A DNA stretch of 64,000 nt from Squalus acanthias (lineage: Eukaryota), in contig JASTWF010000368.1 of assembly GCA_030390025.1 (NCBI GenBank), positions 62,001-126,000 of the forward strand, given 5' to 3'. Of this stretch, positions 1 through 11,862 are shown in pieces. The notes beneath the pieces were generated by a model that saw nothing but the letters and a program-made list of their open reading frames with translations, was not told the origin of the DNA and ran no database searches. How positions within the stretch are numbered: position 1 is the first letter of the stretch; each line of letters begins with the position of its first letter. The translations under genes and the position numbers were made by a program.

Positions 1-350
1 TTGTGATGGGCAGGGACGCCGTTCCAATTGGACTGGTTGTCCGGGGGCGGACAATTCATGGTTGTTGCCACAGATAGGATCCCAGTATCCTTGTCCCGTA
101 TTACATTTGGGATTTATTTTCCATAGCTTGGTCATATGGGTATGTGCGGTGACCCGGTCCGTGATCCATATATTGGGTTTCTTTGCCCTTCCCCCTTTCC
201 CCCCCCCTGTGGCAGCTGCATGTGTTGCCCTGGATGCAAACAAGTACTTTTATCGATGTGCACGGTGGGCGCCTCCCACTCTCCCGTAATTGTCAGGAGG
301 GTGATCGCCGTCACGGCCGTCCACCAGGCCACCACTGTGAGATAGGTTGA
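1..350 (-). pseudogene. Putative env 5' part (signal-peptide-like start, frameshift in G-run, open to window edge)
   Basis: VVAWWTAVTAITLLTITG hydrophobic stretch. After the G-run at ~199-207 another frame reads KKPNIWITDRVTAHTHMTKLWKINPKCNTGQGYWDPICGNNHEL... to base 1. It lies directly downstream of integrase. Confidence 0.55.
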
Positions 351-399
351 TCTGAAACAAAGTCATTAAGAGATCTGCTGCTAGCTTTCCTGTTGGTAG

Positions 400-1290
400 A
401 AACAGAATGTGAGTCATACGGCTTAACCTGGGACCAATGTTTCCACCTACCCCCCTTTTGTATGTCCAAACACACACACACATATCGCTGGTCATTAGGA
501 CCGTGCAAGGCCCAGACCACCGAGGCGCCAGTCCCGGTTTGGACGGCACCCCTTTTACCATTACCCTATCTCCCACCGTTGGGAGCCCCGATGACTCGGG
601 TTCAGGCCCACGCCTGTGTCGATCTGCCGCTTCTTGCTGCTGTTTTACTTCCACTTTCGTCCCTTGAAGCTGTTTCCATAGCTCCGCTACATACCGTGTA
701 ATTCTATCCCTCAGCGGCCCTGTTTCACTACACTCCTTCCATCACCCCTTCTGGTAATCTTATAGCCCTCCCAGTCATTAATTCAGACGGAGTCAGTCCT
801 ATTGTCCGGTTGGGCTCATTAATATGGTCGGGAGGACATCCACTCAGTTCTTACCCGCGCTCGCAATCGCTTTTGCTATAGCCGTTTTCAGGGTTCTATT
901 CATGCGCTCCACCATGCCGGAACGCTAAGAAAACTACTGTGCGCTTGGTCTAAGCGTCAAACAAAGCTTTAATCAACTGTTTTACAACATGGCGGTCTAG
1001 TTGTGTCCTTCACTAGTTCCTGTTAAAGAATGTCCTGCGCAAGCTAGGCCCGCGCCCGAGTATTTATATTCTCCCTGGATAGCGCCACCCGCAGGCCCCT
1101 CGGTATTATTTCATAAGTCATTGCCACATGAATGACAAGATTCATGTCAGTAAGGTATGTGGAACCTCTGCTTTACCCCCAATAACTGACATGCCCTCTT
1201 CATGACCCTACCCGTAAAAGTGGGTCCCCTGGTCTGAATCACCAGGGGGTTTCCCCCTTGATCATGACGGGTGTCATATCGACCCTCCCG
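400..1290 (-). pseudogene. Retroviral integrase remnant (core plus C-terminal domain), disrupted
   Basis: DSDQGTH/FTG..KQRFHIPY, then after an insertion SGMVERMNRTLKTAIAK, then VGDRVMVK..LAPRWSGPCTVL..RWKHWSQVKPY. Contains frameshifts and stops. Confidence 0.9.
926..1149 (-). mobile_element. Short solo-LTR-like insertion splitting the integrase
   Basis: About 225 bp between the HIPY and SGMVER codons. On the minus strand it starts TG and contains TATAAATA and a later ATTAAA. No clean CA end or TSD. Confidence 0.5.
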
Positions 1291-3229
1291 CAATCCTGTT
1301 TGTGTCCAGCCCTTACCTCTGGAAATTGGGAACACACAAGCCCAAAGACGCCCTCAGCTGTCCAATCCGAATTCCATGTAATTCTTCACTTAAACTTCAA
1401 TTTCAATTCCTCTAACAGGTACCAGTGTGTTAGCTCTATTCTGATTGTTTCATTAATTAGATAGTTTCTCGGAGGAGTATGTGTCTCCAAGAGAAATCTA
1501 TCAATTTACTATTCGTAACTACACTTTTCTGACTTTCACTAGAAAGCTAGGAAAATTCTCAATTGGTGGTGTAATTTTCCTCTTTCTATCTTACACCCTC
1601 AATCACTTCCTCTCTCCATTTTACACATCCCATTAATTACCATTCATATCTCATTCATGAGTCCTGGAGGAACTTTACTGTCCAGTACAATATTTAAGAT
1701 AGAAAACCTAGCTCAAACGTTCTCACTTGGTCCAAGTTATTAACACTTCTTATTTATCATTATTTTAGAGGATCTTTTATTTTCCCAAAAGTAACCCAAT
1801 ATATAGTGCCTGAGTCCATTTTGTCATTTCAAAAATTATCCCAAAATCCAAACAGCAGTACTGTTGAACTGATAGGTTTTGTCAATGTTCAATTTCATTT
1901 CTATCAATTTATCTTATCAATTCCAATTTCAGAAACAAGTGATTCCCAGGCTGGGTGGTTTACACAGTGTTTTAACATTAGAGACAGAAGTGCTACAATT
2001 AGTTTACAAGGTAACTTTCATACAACAAAAGAAAGCAGAGAATCCATTGTGGCTCTGTTTAAGAGCCCAAGGAATTAATTTACCAAATCATAATTTTCCT
2101 TCCGTCATTGTGGGGAAATATTAACGTAAAATTAAGAAACTTAAATTTAATAATGTCCGATATCTTTAAATATCATTCAGCAATACTAAAGTTGTTGCTT
2201 GGTGAACTTAAACAGCTGTCAGCGGAAAGGGTTAACTCCTTTGTAGGTTTTTTAAGAAGGCGGAGCGAAACATTGTCAGGTACATGCAATTGCGTCACTT
2301 CACGTAAATTTATTAAAAAAACTTTCCCGAACAAAAAAGACTTCCACACTTTAACGAAACACGAACAGAACAGATAAAACAAAACAAAATAGCACATGCT
2401 TGCAGAAAACAGGACACTATGTCATATTTCTTATTGTCCTTTCTTCAGAAGCCTTTCCAAATGACTGTAAAAACATTGAATACAACTGGAGAAAAATTAG
2501 TTTTTCACATTTAAACAAATTGCTTTGGAAGATTTCACCATAGCAACCGCGACTCCAAGGTTAAATCTTAGACTGAAACTTCACCTTTTGTTAAACAAAC
2601 TTTTTGTTTTTCTCAGTTTTTCCACACCAGCTTAACTTCAATTGTAGTTCAAAATTTTGTTTCGATTCTGGGGGCACAATCTTATTCGCACATTCTTAAA
2701 ACTTCCAAAATCCACAACAAGACAAAAGGGTTAAACACTTTTAACAAAGAGAAGTGGGTGGAGCTAAAACACACAACAGACATTTTTTTTTAAGGACAGA
2801 CTTTCAGACAAAAGGAACACTGTAACTTCTTAAACATCCATAGTCAGGAAAACCTTTCAGACTTTAACACACACTTTCACACAAACTGAAACTCCAGCAT
2901 TTTTTAAGGTTCCTTTCACTCAGCAAATCTTGTGTTTTACTTGTCTCGGCACAGACGTTAACAACCTCCATGTCGGTAAAACTTTAGGTTTCTCTTCCTT
3001 TTTTTTTCCCCCTTTTTTTTCTTCTTTAAATTGTCGTCTCAGCAGCTTTCCCTGGCTTTCCGAATCCCTGGGGGGTTGGGGGGGGGGTTTCGTCCTTTGC
3101 TGCGTTTTCAGATTGGCTGACCTGCAAATTAGATCTTTTGTCAGGGTGGCTGTCTGACACCCTGGCTTCCTCAAGATTCTGCAGTGCGGAGCCTGCCCCT
3201 GAACCGCGTTTACACTCTGCTGCTGCATG

Positions 3230-3742
3230 ATCTTGGGTTCATGTCACGCTACATGTAACCCCACCTGACATAGAGTCATCCAGACTCGAGTCGTCGCTGG
3301 CTTGTTCACAGATGTGATTTCCAGTAAAAAAAAAGTAAAAAGTTTAAAGTTTATGGTTTTCCACACAGACTGCCGCATTTGACACATTAGACCCCCTGTG
3401 ACCCCACCTCATTGTCTTTGTTGTATTTTGCTCTCGTCTTTGATGTATTGTCTTCCTAACTGACCTGATTGGATTTGATTGCCGTGACTGTCTCTCTGCC
3501 GAGGTGTGATAAAAGGGCAGTCAGAAAGATTAACTGTAGTCGTCTGGCATTGTTCTCTCCACAGGCATTGTTCTCTCTGACTATATATGCCGTGCCCATT
3601 TGTATTCCTTCACTTCACCTGACGAAGGAGCAGCCGCTCCGAAAGCTTGTGATTTCAAATAAAGCTGTTGGACTATAACCTGGTGTTGTGCGACTTCTCA
3701 CTTTTGTCCACCCCGGTCCAACACCGGCATCTCCGCATCATG
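3230..3742 (+). mobile_element. Penelope-like element family A, 3' fragment
   Basis: Starts with DLGFMSRYM* (end of the GIY-YIG ORF seen in longer copies), then 3' UTR with hammerhead motif and AATAAA. CATG is duplicated at 3226-3229 and 3739-3742. Confidence 0.85.
3615..3652 (+). ncRNA. Minimal type I hammerhead ribozyme motif
   Basis: TCAC-CTGACGA-A-GGAGC(AGCC)GCTCC-GAAA-GC-TT-GTGA: core boxes, 5-bp stem II, 4-bp stem I, palindromic AAGCTT. Confidence 0.8.
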
Positions 3743-4512
3743 GTCGCAGCAGACGAGGCAATTTGACACTGCAGAGGCTCGATCTGATCCTGTTGTTCGA
3801 ACATTTTATCATCCTGCGCGAGGATAACATCATCATCTCGCTCCCATTCTGCTGCCTCTCTTTCTAAATTATCCCAATTATTCCTTCCACTTTGCACTGA
3901 CCTTGCCTTCATTGCAGCGGCACACTTGGTGCCTGGCTTTTTTAACTGTTCCACTAACTCCTCTTTTTCCTTCTCCCGTGTGGCTCCAATCTTACACATT
4001 TTTTCAGGTGGACCTGACCAAAGAATCACGACAGTTTTCTCCTCCTTATTCTTGCTCTCCTTACTCCAGCATTCTTTCTGTCGGTCGGGAACCCATTCAA
4101 GGATCCCAGCCTTCCTTTCCCCATTCCTTTTATTACCTTGTCATGTTTATTTAACAAATACTCCGTTATGGATCCCTGAGGATCCGGCTTTATTCGGTCA
4201 TCTTACCTTACTTAACTCTTTTAGAAATCGCGGGGGTCTCTTCTACCCCCCAGAGAGACACCCGTTAAGCTCTCGCCCCCCGGCCCTCTCCTGGCCGCCG
4301 GCGACCACAACCACTTTGCAACGTTGCCCTCTCTCTCTCTCTCTCTCTCTCACATGACAGCCATTCCGACTCCATATTGTTCGCGATCCCTGATAGTCCG
4401 AGGGACCGCTCCGTGCCCACAGACCTAACTACTAGGTGGTATAAATTAACGTACTCACCCCACTTTGTCTGTTGGTCCCGGAACGGTGCCCTGGTTTCGG
4501 TACTAGTAGCGG

Positions 4513-4530
4513 ATCCTGCCGACTACGCCA
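4513..4530 (-). promoter_or_regulatory. Primer-binding site, tRNA-Ser
   Basis: Minus-strand TGGCGTAGTCGGCAGGAT is the complement of the vertebrate tRNA-Ser 3' end ATCCTGCCGACTACGCCA; it sits 3 nt from the LTR end. Confidence 0.93.
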
Positions 4531-4533
4531 AGT

Positions 4534-5011
4534 TGTTGTGGAAAGAAACCACTCAGAGTCACGGGTAGGCTGCGATATGAGAGAAACTTTATTACAAGCA
4601 CGCAGAGGAGAGCCTTCAGCGTACCCAAGTCTCTCAAATTTACAATGGTCGAGGCAGTTTATTTATACATAATCAACCGTTAATTACCGGTTACGTAGAC
4701 TTTGGCAGATGCTTCCCGCTATCGCAACTGTCCCGAACCCAAGGTCCTTACTTCTGCCTTTCTGCAGTTTTATTCAACTTATCCAGTCTCCAGTTACCAT
4801 TATCTTTGTTCATTGTTCCTGATTCAAGGTTTCGTGAAGAAACTTTATTACAACTACTGCTACTGTTTAAATGCTGACACTACGCTTTGGTCTGGTTTTG
4901 GTCAAGCTTCCCATCATGCCTTGAAGTTACAGTAACATTTTAATAGCATGGCTTCTAACGCAACTATAATATACATTTAAAGGTTATCCAAACCTACAGG
5001 TTACCCTATCA
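4534..5011 (-). repeat. 5' LTR of the ERV (~478 bp)
   Basis: Minus strand TG...CA ends, TATAAATA at ~4660-4667, AATAAA at 4588-4593, adjacent to the PBS. Confidence 0.8.
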
Positions 5012-6865
5012 ATATATACAGGAGCGTTAAACCCAGTAACACACAGTGTGTTATTATATAATATAGACAGGAGCGTTATACCCAGTAACACACGTTGTGT
5101 TATTATATAATATTTACAGAAGTGTTATACCCAGTAACGCACGGTGTGTTATTATATAATATATACAGGAATGTTATACCCAGTAACGCACGGTGTGTTA
5201 TTATATAATATATACAGGAGTGTTATACCCAGTAACACACGGTGTGTTATTGTATAATATATACAGGACTGTTATACCCAGTAACGCACGGTGTGTTATT
5301 ATATAATATATACAGGAGTGTTATACCCAGTAACACACAGTGTGTTATTGTATAATATATACAGGACTGTTATACCCAGTAACGCACAGTGTGTTATTAT
5401 ATAATATATACAGGAGTGTTATACCCAGTAACGCACGGTGTGTTACTATATAATAGACAGGAATGTTATACCCAGTAACACACGGTGTGTTATTATATAA
5501 TATATATACAGGAGTGCTATACCCAGTAACACACGGTGTGTTATATAATATTTATACAGGAGTGTTAAACCCAGTAAGACACGGTGTGATATTATTTGAT
5601 ATATACAGGAGTGTTATACCCAGTAACACACTCCTGTATATATTATATAAAAACACACCATTTGTTACTGGGTATAACACTCCTGTGTATATTCTATAAT
5701 AACACACCGTGTTATTATCCAATATACTGGAGATTTATACCCAGTAACGCACAGTGTGTTATTATATAATATAGACAGGAGCGTTATACCCAGTAACACA
5801 CGTTGTGTTATTATATAATATTTACAGAAGTGTTATACCCAGTAACGCACGGTGTGTTATTATATAATATATACAGGAATGTTATACCCAGTAACGCACG
5901 GTGTGTTATTATATAATATATACAGGAGTGTTATACCCGGTAACACACGTTGTGTTATTATATAATATTTACAGAAGTGTTATACCCAGTAACGCACGGT
6001 GTGTTATTATATAATATATACAGGAATGTTATACCCAGTAACGCACGGTGTGTTATTATATAATATATACAGGAGTGTTATACCCAGTAACACACGGTGT
6101 GTTATTGTATAATATATACAGGACTGTTATACCCAGTAACACACGGTGTGTTATTGTATAATATATACAGGACTGTTATACCCAGTAACGCACGGTGTGT
6201 TATTATATAATATATACAGGAGTGTTATACCCAGTAACACACAGTGTGTTATTGTATAATATATACAGGACTGTTATACCCAGTAACGCACGGTGTGTTA
6301 CTATATAATAGACAGGAATGTTATACCCAGTAACACACGGTGTGTTATTATATAATATATATACAGGAGTGCTATACCCAGTAACACACGGTGTGTTATA
6401 TAATATTTATACAGGAGTGTTAAACCCAGTAAGACACGGTGTGATATTATTTGATATATACAGGAGTGTTATACCCAGTAACACACTCCTGTATATATTA
6501 TATAAAAACACACCATTTGTTACTGGGTATAACACTCCTGTGTATATTCTATAATAACACACCGTGTTATTATCCAATATACTGGAGATTTATACCCAGT
6601 AACGCACAGTGTGTTATTATATAATATATGCAGGAGTGTTATACCCAGTAAAACACTGTTATTATATAATATATATACAGGAGTGTTATACCCAATAGCA
6701 CAACGTCTTGTCATAATACAATATATAGAAGAGTGTTATACCCAGTAACGCACGGTGTGTTATTATATAATATATATATACAGGAGTGTTACACCGCAGA
6801 ACATACGGTGTGTTATTATATATTTATACAGGAGTGTTATACCCAGTAACACACGGTGTGTTATT
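5012..6865. repeat. AT-rich 49-bp minisatellite with higher-order duplication and internal inversions
   Basis: Unit ATATACAGGAGTGTTATACCCAGTAACACACGGTGTGTTATTATATAAT. An identical block recurs at an 855-bp offset (5463/6318). One more unit at ~7527-7580. Confidence 0.95.
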
Positions 6866-7520
6866 CATAGAGTCATAGATTCAAAGCGACACAGAAGGAG
6901 GCCATTCAGCCCATCGAGTCCGTGCCGGCTCTCTGTAGAGCAATCCAGTCAGTCCCATTCCCCGCTCTATCCCCGTAGCCCTGCAAGTTGATTTCCCTCA
7001 AGTGACTATCCAGTCTCCCCTTGAAAACATTGAGTGTCTCCGCTTCCACCACTTCCGTCTGCAGTGAATTCCAGGTCATCACCACTCGCTGCGTAAAAAA
7101 GTTTTTCCTCACATCCCCCCTGTATCTCTTGCCCAATACCTTAGATCTGTGTCCCCTAGTCCTTGTACCATCAACTAGTGGGAACAGCCTTTCCCCGTCG
7201 AGCCTATCCAAACCCGTCATAATCTTGTACACCTCTATCAAATCACCCCTCAACCTCCTTTGCTCTAATGAAAACAAATTCAGCTTCTCCAACCTGTCCT
7301 TGTAGCTATCGCCTTACGAAAATCAATGTAGACAACATCCAATGCATTCCCTTCATCAATCCTCTCTGTTACTTCATCAAAAAATTCAATTAGATTAGTC
7401 AAACACGATCTGCCTCTAACAAATGCGTGTTGGCTCTCCTTAATTAGCTTAAACCTCTCCAAGTACCCGTTAATTTTTTCCTTGATTATTGTTTCTTAAA
7501 CTTTACCCACCACTCATGTT
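6866..7520 (-). mobile_element. CR1 LINE 3' fragment with internal deletion
   Basis: SCLTNLIEFF..DVVYIDFRKA fused directly to LEKLNLFSLEQRRLRGDLIEVYK..FFTQRVV and a CR1 tail. Confidence 0.9.
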
Positions 7521-7584
7521 AAAATGTAATATATATACATGAGTATTATACCCAGTAACACATGGTGTGTTATGTTATAATGTG

Positions 7585-7710
7585 CACACTCCCAGGGCAG
7601 CTACAGCACAGGTTCGATACGGAGTAAAGCTCCCTCTACACTGTCCCATCAAACACACCCAGGGCAGGTACAGCACAGGTTAGACACAGAGTAAAGCTCC
7701 CTCTACACTG
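7585..7710 (+). repeat. Two ~67-bp tandem units related to the 102-bp array at 34.6-35.6 kb
   Basis: CCCAGGGCAGGTACAGCACAGGTTAGA..AAGCTCCCTCTACACTG is the reverse complement of that unit's core. Confidence 0.75.
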
Positions 7711-7755
7711 CCGTGTCATTCTAAAAATCGGACCGGTGTGTGGTTGGTTTTCCAG

Positions 7756-7906
7756 GTATGTGTTCCTTCACCAGAAAGCGTACCAGACGAAGGAAACGGC
7801 AATCGAATCCACCGTGATGACCAAGGTGAAAGGTTTCGGCAGATCCTGGCTCCCCGACAATACTTCGAAAGTGATGGACGTGGCAGATTACATCATCCCG
7901 CCCCAG
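7756..7906 (+). CDS. p2rx3: P2X purinoceptor 3, exon 2
   Basis: ttccag|G..CAG|gtactt; YVFLHQKAYQTKETAIESTVMTKVKGFG..VMDVADYIIPPQ, including the ATP-binding KxK. Confidence 0.95.
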
Positions 7907-7924
7907 GTACTTCAGCTTTCTGCA

Positions 7925-10885
7925 GCCAGCAGTTAGGAAGGCAAATAGTATGTTGGCCTTCATTGCAAGAGGATTTGAGTACAGGAGCAAGGATGTCTCA
8001 CTACAGTTATACAGGGCCTTGGTGCGACCACACCTGGAGTACTGTGTGCAGTTTTGGTCTCCTTACCTAAGAAAGGATATACTTGCCATAGAGGGAGTGC
8101 AGCGAAGGTTCACCAGACTGATTCCTGGGATGGCAGGACTGTCGTATGAGGAGAGATTGGGTCGACTAAGCCTGTATTAGAACATAAGAACATAAGTAGT
8201 AGGAGCAGGAGTAGGCCATACGACCCTCGGGCCTGCTCCGCCATTCAATAGGATCATGGCTGATCCGAACCTAGACTCACGTCCACTTCCCTGCCCGCTC
8301 CCCATAACCCTTAATTCCCTTATCAGCTCGGAAACTGTCTATCTCCGTTTTAAATTTATTTAATGTCGCAGCTTCCACAGCTCTCTGAGGTAGCAAATTC
8401 CATAGATTTACTACCCTCTGAGTGAAGAAGTTTCTCCTCATCTCAGTTTTGAAACGGCAGCCCCTTATTCTAAGATTATGCCCCCTAGTTCTAGTCTCAC
8501 CCATCAGTGGAAACATCCTCCCCGCCTCCACCCGATCAAGCCCCCTCACAATCTTATATGTTTCGATAAGATCGCCTCTCATTCTTCTGTATTCCAATGA
8601 GTAGAGGCCCAACCTACTCAACCTTTCCTCATAAGTCAACCCCCTCATCTCCGGAATTCACTAGAGTTTAGAAGAATGAGAGGGGATCTCATGGAAACGT
8701 ATAAAATTATGACAGGGCTAGACAGACTGGATGCAGGGAGGATGTTTCCCCTGGCTGGGGGCTCTAGAACGAGGGGGCACAGTCTCAGGATACAGGGTAG
8801 GACATTTAGGACTGAGATGAGGAGAAATTTCTTCACTCAGAGGGTGGTGCACCTGTGGAATTCTCTACCACAGAAGGCTGTGGAGGCCAAGTCACTGAAT
8901 ATATTTAAGAAGGAGATAGACAGATTTCTAGACAAAAAAGGCATCAAGGGGTATGGGGAGAGAGCGGGAATATGGTATTGAGATAGAGGATCAGCCATGA
9001 TCATATTGAATGGCGGAGCAGGCTCGAAGGGCCGAATGGCCTACTCCTGCTCCTATTTTTCTATGTTTCTATGTTTCTCTCCATGGTCAATGAGGCTCAG
9101 TGTGCCCCAGTAGGTGAGACCACACCTGGAGTACTGCGGACAGTTGTGGTCTCCTTATTTAAGGAGGGATATACTTGCATTGGAGGCAGTTCAGAGAAGG
9201 TTCACCAGGTTGATTCCTGGGATGAAGGGGGTTGTCTTATGAAGAAAGGTTGAGCAGGTTGGGCCTATACTCATTGGAGTTTAGAAGAATGAGAGGGGAT
9301 CTTATTGAAACAGATAAGATTCTGAGGGGGCTTGACAGGGTAGATGCAGAGAGAATGTTTCCCCTTGTGGGGGAATCTAGAACTAGGGGGCATAGCTTCA
9401 GAATAAGGGGTCGCCCATTTAAAACAGAGATGAGGTGCAATTTCTTCTCAGAAGGTCGTGAATCTTTGGAATTCTCTACCCCAGAGAGCTGTGGAGGCTG
9501 GGTCATTGAATATATTCACGGTGGAGATAGACAGATTTTTGAACGATAAGGGAGTCAAGGGTTATCGGGAGCGGGCAGAAAAGTGGAGTTGAGGCCAAGA
9601 CCAGATCAGCCATGATCTTATTGAATGGTGGAGCAGGCTCGAGGGGCCAAATGGCCTACTCCTGCTCCTATTTCTTATGTTCTTATGTAAACTGGTTCGG
9701 CCTCAGCTGGAGTATTGTGTCCAATTCTGGGCACCACACTTGGGAGAGGATGCAGAGGAGATTTACTCGAATCAGCATAAGAACATGCGAATCAGGAGCA
9801 GGAGTAGGCCTTATGGTCCCTCGAGCCGCTCCGCCATTCAATAAGATCATAGCTGATCTTCGACCTCAACTCCACTTCCCTGCCTTACCTCCATATCCCT
9901 TGATTCCCCTAGAGTCCAAAAATCTATCCATCGCAGCCTTGAATATACTCAATGACTCAGCATCCACAGCCCTCTGAGGTAGAGAATTCCAAAGATTCAC
10001 CACCCTCTGAGTGAAGAAATTCCTCCTCCTCTCAGTCTTAAATGGCCGACCCCTTATCCTGAGACTATGCCCCATAGTTCTAGACTCTCCAGCCAGGGGA
10101 AACAACCTCTCAGCATCTACCCTGTCAATCCCCCTCAGAATCTTATATGTTTCAATGAGATCACCTCACATTCTTCTAAACTCCAGAGAGTATAGGCCCA
10201 ATCTACTCAATCTCTCCTCATTGGACAACCCTCTCATCCCAGGATGAGAATGGTACCAGGGATGACGGACTTCAGTTATGTGGGGAAGCTGGGATTGTTC
10301 TCCTTAGAGCAGAGAAGGTTAAGGGGAGTTTGACCAGAATGGTACCAGGGATGAGGGACTTCAGTTATGTGGAGAGACTGGAGAAACTAGGATTGTTCTC
10401 CTTAGAGCAGAGAAGGTTAAGGGGAGATTGACCAGAACTATACCAGGGATGAGGGACTTCAGTTATCTGGAGAGACTGGAGAAGCTGGGCTTGTTCTCCT
10501 TAGAGCAGAGAAGGTTAAGGGGAGATTGACCAGAATGGTACCAGGGATGAGGGACTTCAGTTATCTGGAGAGACTGGAGAAGCTGGGCTTGTTCTCCTTA
10601 GAGCAGAGAAGGTTAAGGGGAGATTGACCAGAATGGTACCAGGGATGAGGGACTTCAGTTACGAGGAGAGACTGGAGAAGCTGGGATTGCTCTCCTTAGA
10701 GTGGAGAAGGTTAAGGAGAGATTTAATAGAGGTGTTCAAAATTATGAATGCTTTTGATAGAGTAAATAAGGAGAAACTGTTTTCACTGGCAGGTGGGTCG
10801 GTAACCAGAGGACACAGATTTAAGATAACAGGCAAAAGAACCAGAGGGGGAGATGAGAAAAATATATTTTATGCAGCGAGTTGTT
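7925..10885. mobile_element. Cluster of nested CR1 3' fragments (+ 7925-8178/8658-9075, - 8179-8657, + 9100-9690, - 9775-10243, + 10245-10885)
   Basis: Repeated LVRPHLEYCVQFWSP, RRMRGDLIE and FFTQRVVNLWNSLP motifs with 8-bp-repeat CR1 tails. Confidence 0.92.
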
Positions 10886-10954
10886 GTCTCTCTCTGTCTC
10901 TCTCTCTCTCTGTATCTCTCTCTCTCATTCACTCTCTCTCTGTCTGTCTAACAG

Positions 10955-11026
10955 GGAGCTGCTGTATTCTGCATTGTCACCGCCACCCGAATCACAGAGA
11001 ACCAGGTTCAGGGCATCTGTCCAGAG
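10955..11026 (+). CDS. p2rx3: P2X3 exon 3
   Basis: aacag|GGA..GAG|gtgaga; 72 nt; GAAVFCIVTATRITENQVQGICPE. Confidence 0.95.
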
Positions 11027-11244
11027 GTGAGAACAATCATCATGTGGGATCTTGCTGTGCACAATATGGCAGCCAACAGTATAGACACTGACCGCCAATG
11101 GAGACCCTCAGACCAGAGTCACTGTCCGCTCCTGGTGACCCTCAGATGACAGAAACTGACCGCCAATGGAGACCGGACCATTTCCACCTCTTATTGAACA
11201 ATGTTTATTTTGTTTTAACTGGCTTATTTTCATTCCAAATTCAG

Positions 11245-11320
11245 GATCCCGATAATGATAAGTTGATGTGTGTGAACGATACCGACTGTGGGGTACAGAT
11301 CACGCACCAGGTGGGCAATG
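11245..11320 (+). CDS. p2rx3: P2X3 exon 4
   Basis: ttcag|GAT..AATG|gtgagt; 76 nt; DPDNDKLMCVNDTDCGVQITHQVGN(G). Confidence 0.92.
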
Positions 11321-11369
11321 GTGAGTTTCAGCTTCTCCAGTTGTCCCTATCTCCAGTTCTCCCAAACCG

Positions 11370-11862
11370 CAAATGTCCCAACCACCAGATGTCCCAACCA
11401 CCAGTTATCCCAACCACAAGATCGCCCAACCACAAGATGCCCCAACCTCCAGATGTCCCAACCACCAGAGCTCCCAACCATCAGATCTCCCAACCTCCAG
11501 ATGTCCCAACCACCAGATGTCCCAACATCCAGATGTCCCAACCACCAGATCTCCCAACCTCCAGATGTCCCAACATCCAGATGTCCCAACCTCCAGATGT
11601 CCCAACCTCCAGATGTCCCAACATCCAGATGTCCCAACCTCCAGATGTCCCAACCTCCAGATGTCCCAATCTCCAGATGTCCCAACCTCCAGATGTCCCA
11701 ACCACCAGATCTCCCAACCACCAGATCTCCCAACCTCCAGATCTCCCAACCACCAGATCTCCCAACCACCAGATCTCCCAACCACCAGATCTCCCAACCA
11801 CCAGATCTCCCAACCTCCAGATCTCCCAACCACCAGATCTTCCAACCTCCAGATCTCCCGAA
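11370..11862. repeat. 16-bp minisatellite
   Basis: (CCCAACCWCCAGATST)n. Confidence 0.95.

Larger units (their letters stand above)
2920..4029 (-). pseudogene. gag-position ORF split by a Penelope insertion
   Basis: ORFs 4029-3739 and 3228-2920 join in frame (..IASSAATM|QQQSVN..) when 3230-3742 is removed. Charged, coiled-coil-like and basic; no recognisable MHR or zinc knuckle. Confidence 0.5.
1..5011 (-). mobile_element. Endogenous retrovirus, internally deleted, antisense in p2rx3 intron 1; 3' end runs off the left edge
   Basis: Minus-strand order is LTR (5011-4534), tRNA-Ser PBS, splice donor, gag-like ORF, AT-rich filler, integrase remnant, env-like ORF. Confidence 0.85.

Noticed and set aside
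4513..4530. tRNA-Ser gene
   Set aside because: Only the 3' 18 nt including CCA are present, next to an LTR, so it is a PBS.
1..7755. p2rx3 exon 1 (YxTxK and TM1)
   Set aside because: No matching peptide found; the region is explained by the ERV and repeats, so exon 1 is presumably upstream.
11305..11316. Alternative exon 4 donor CAG|GTGGGC
   Set aside because: It would give phase 0 and shift exon 5 out of frame; the 11320 donor GTGAGT fits.
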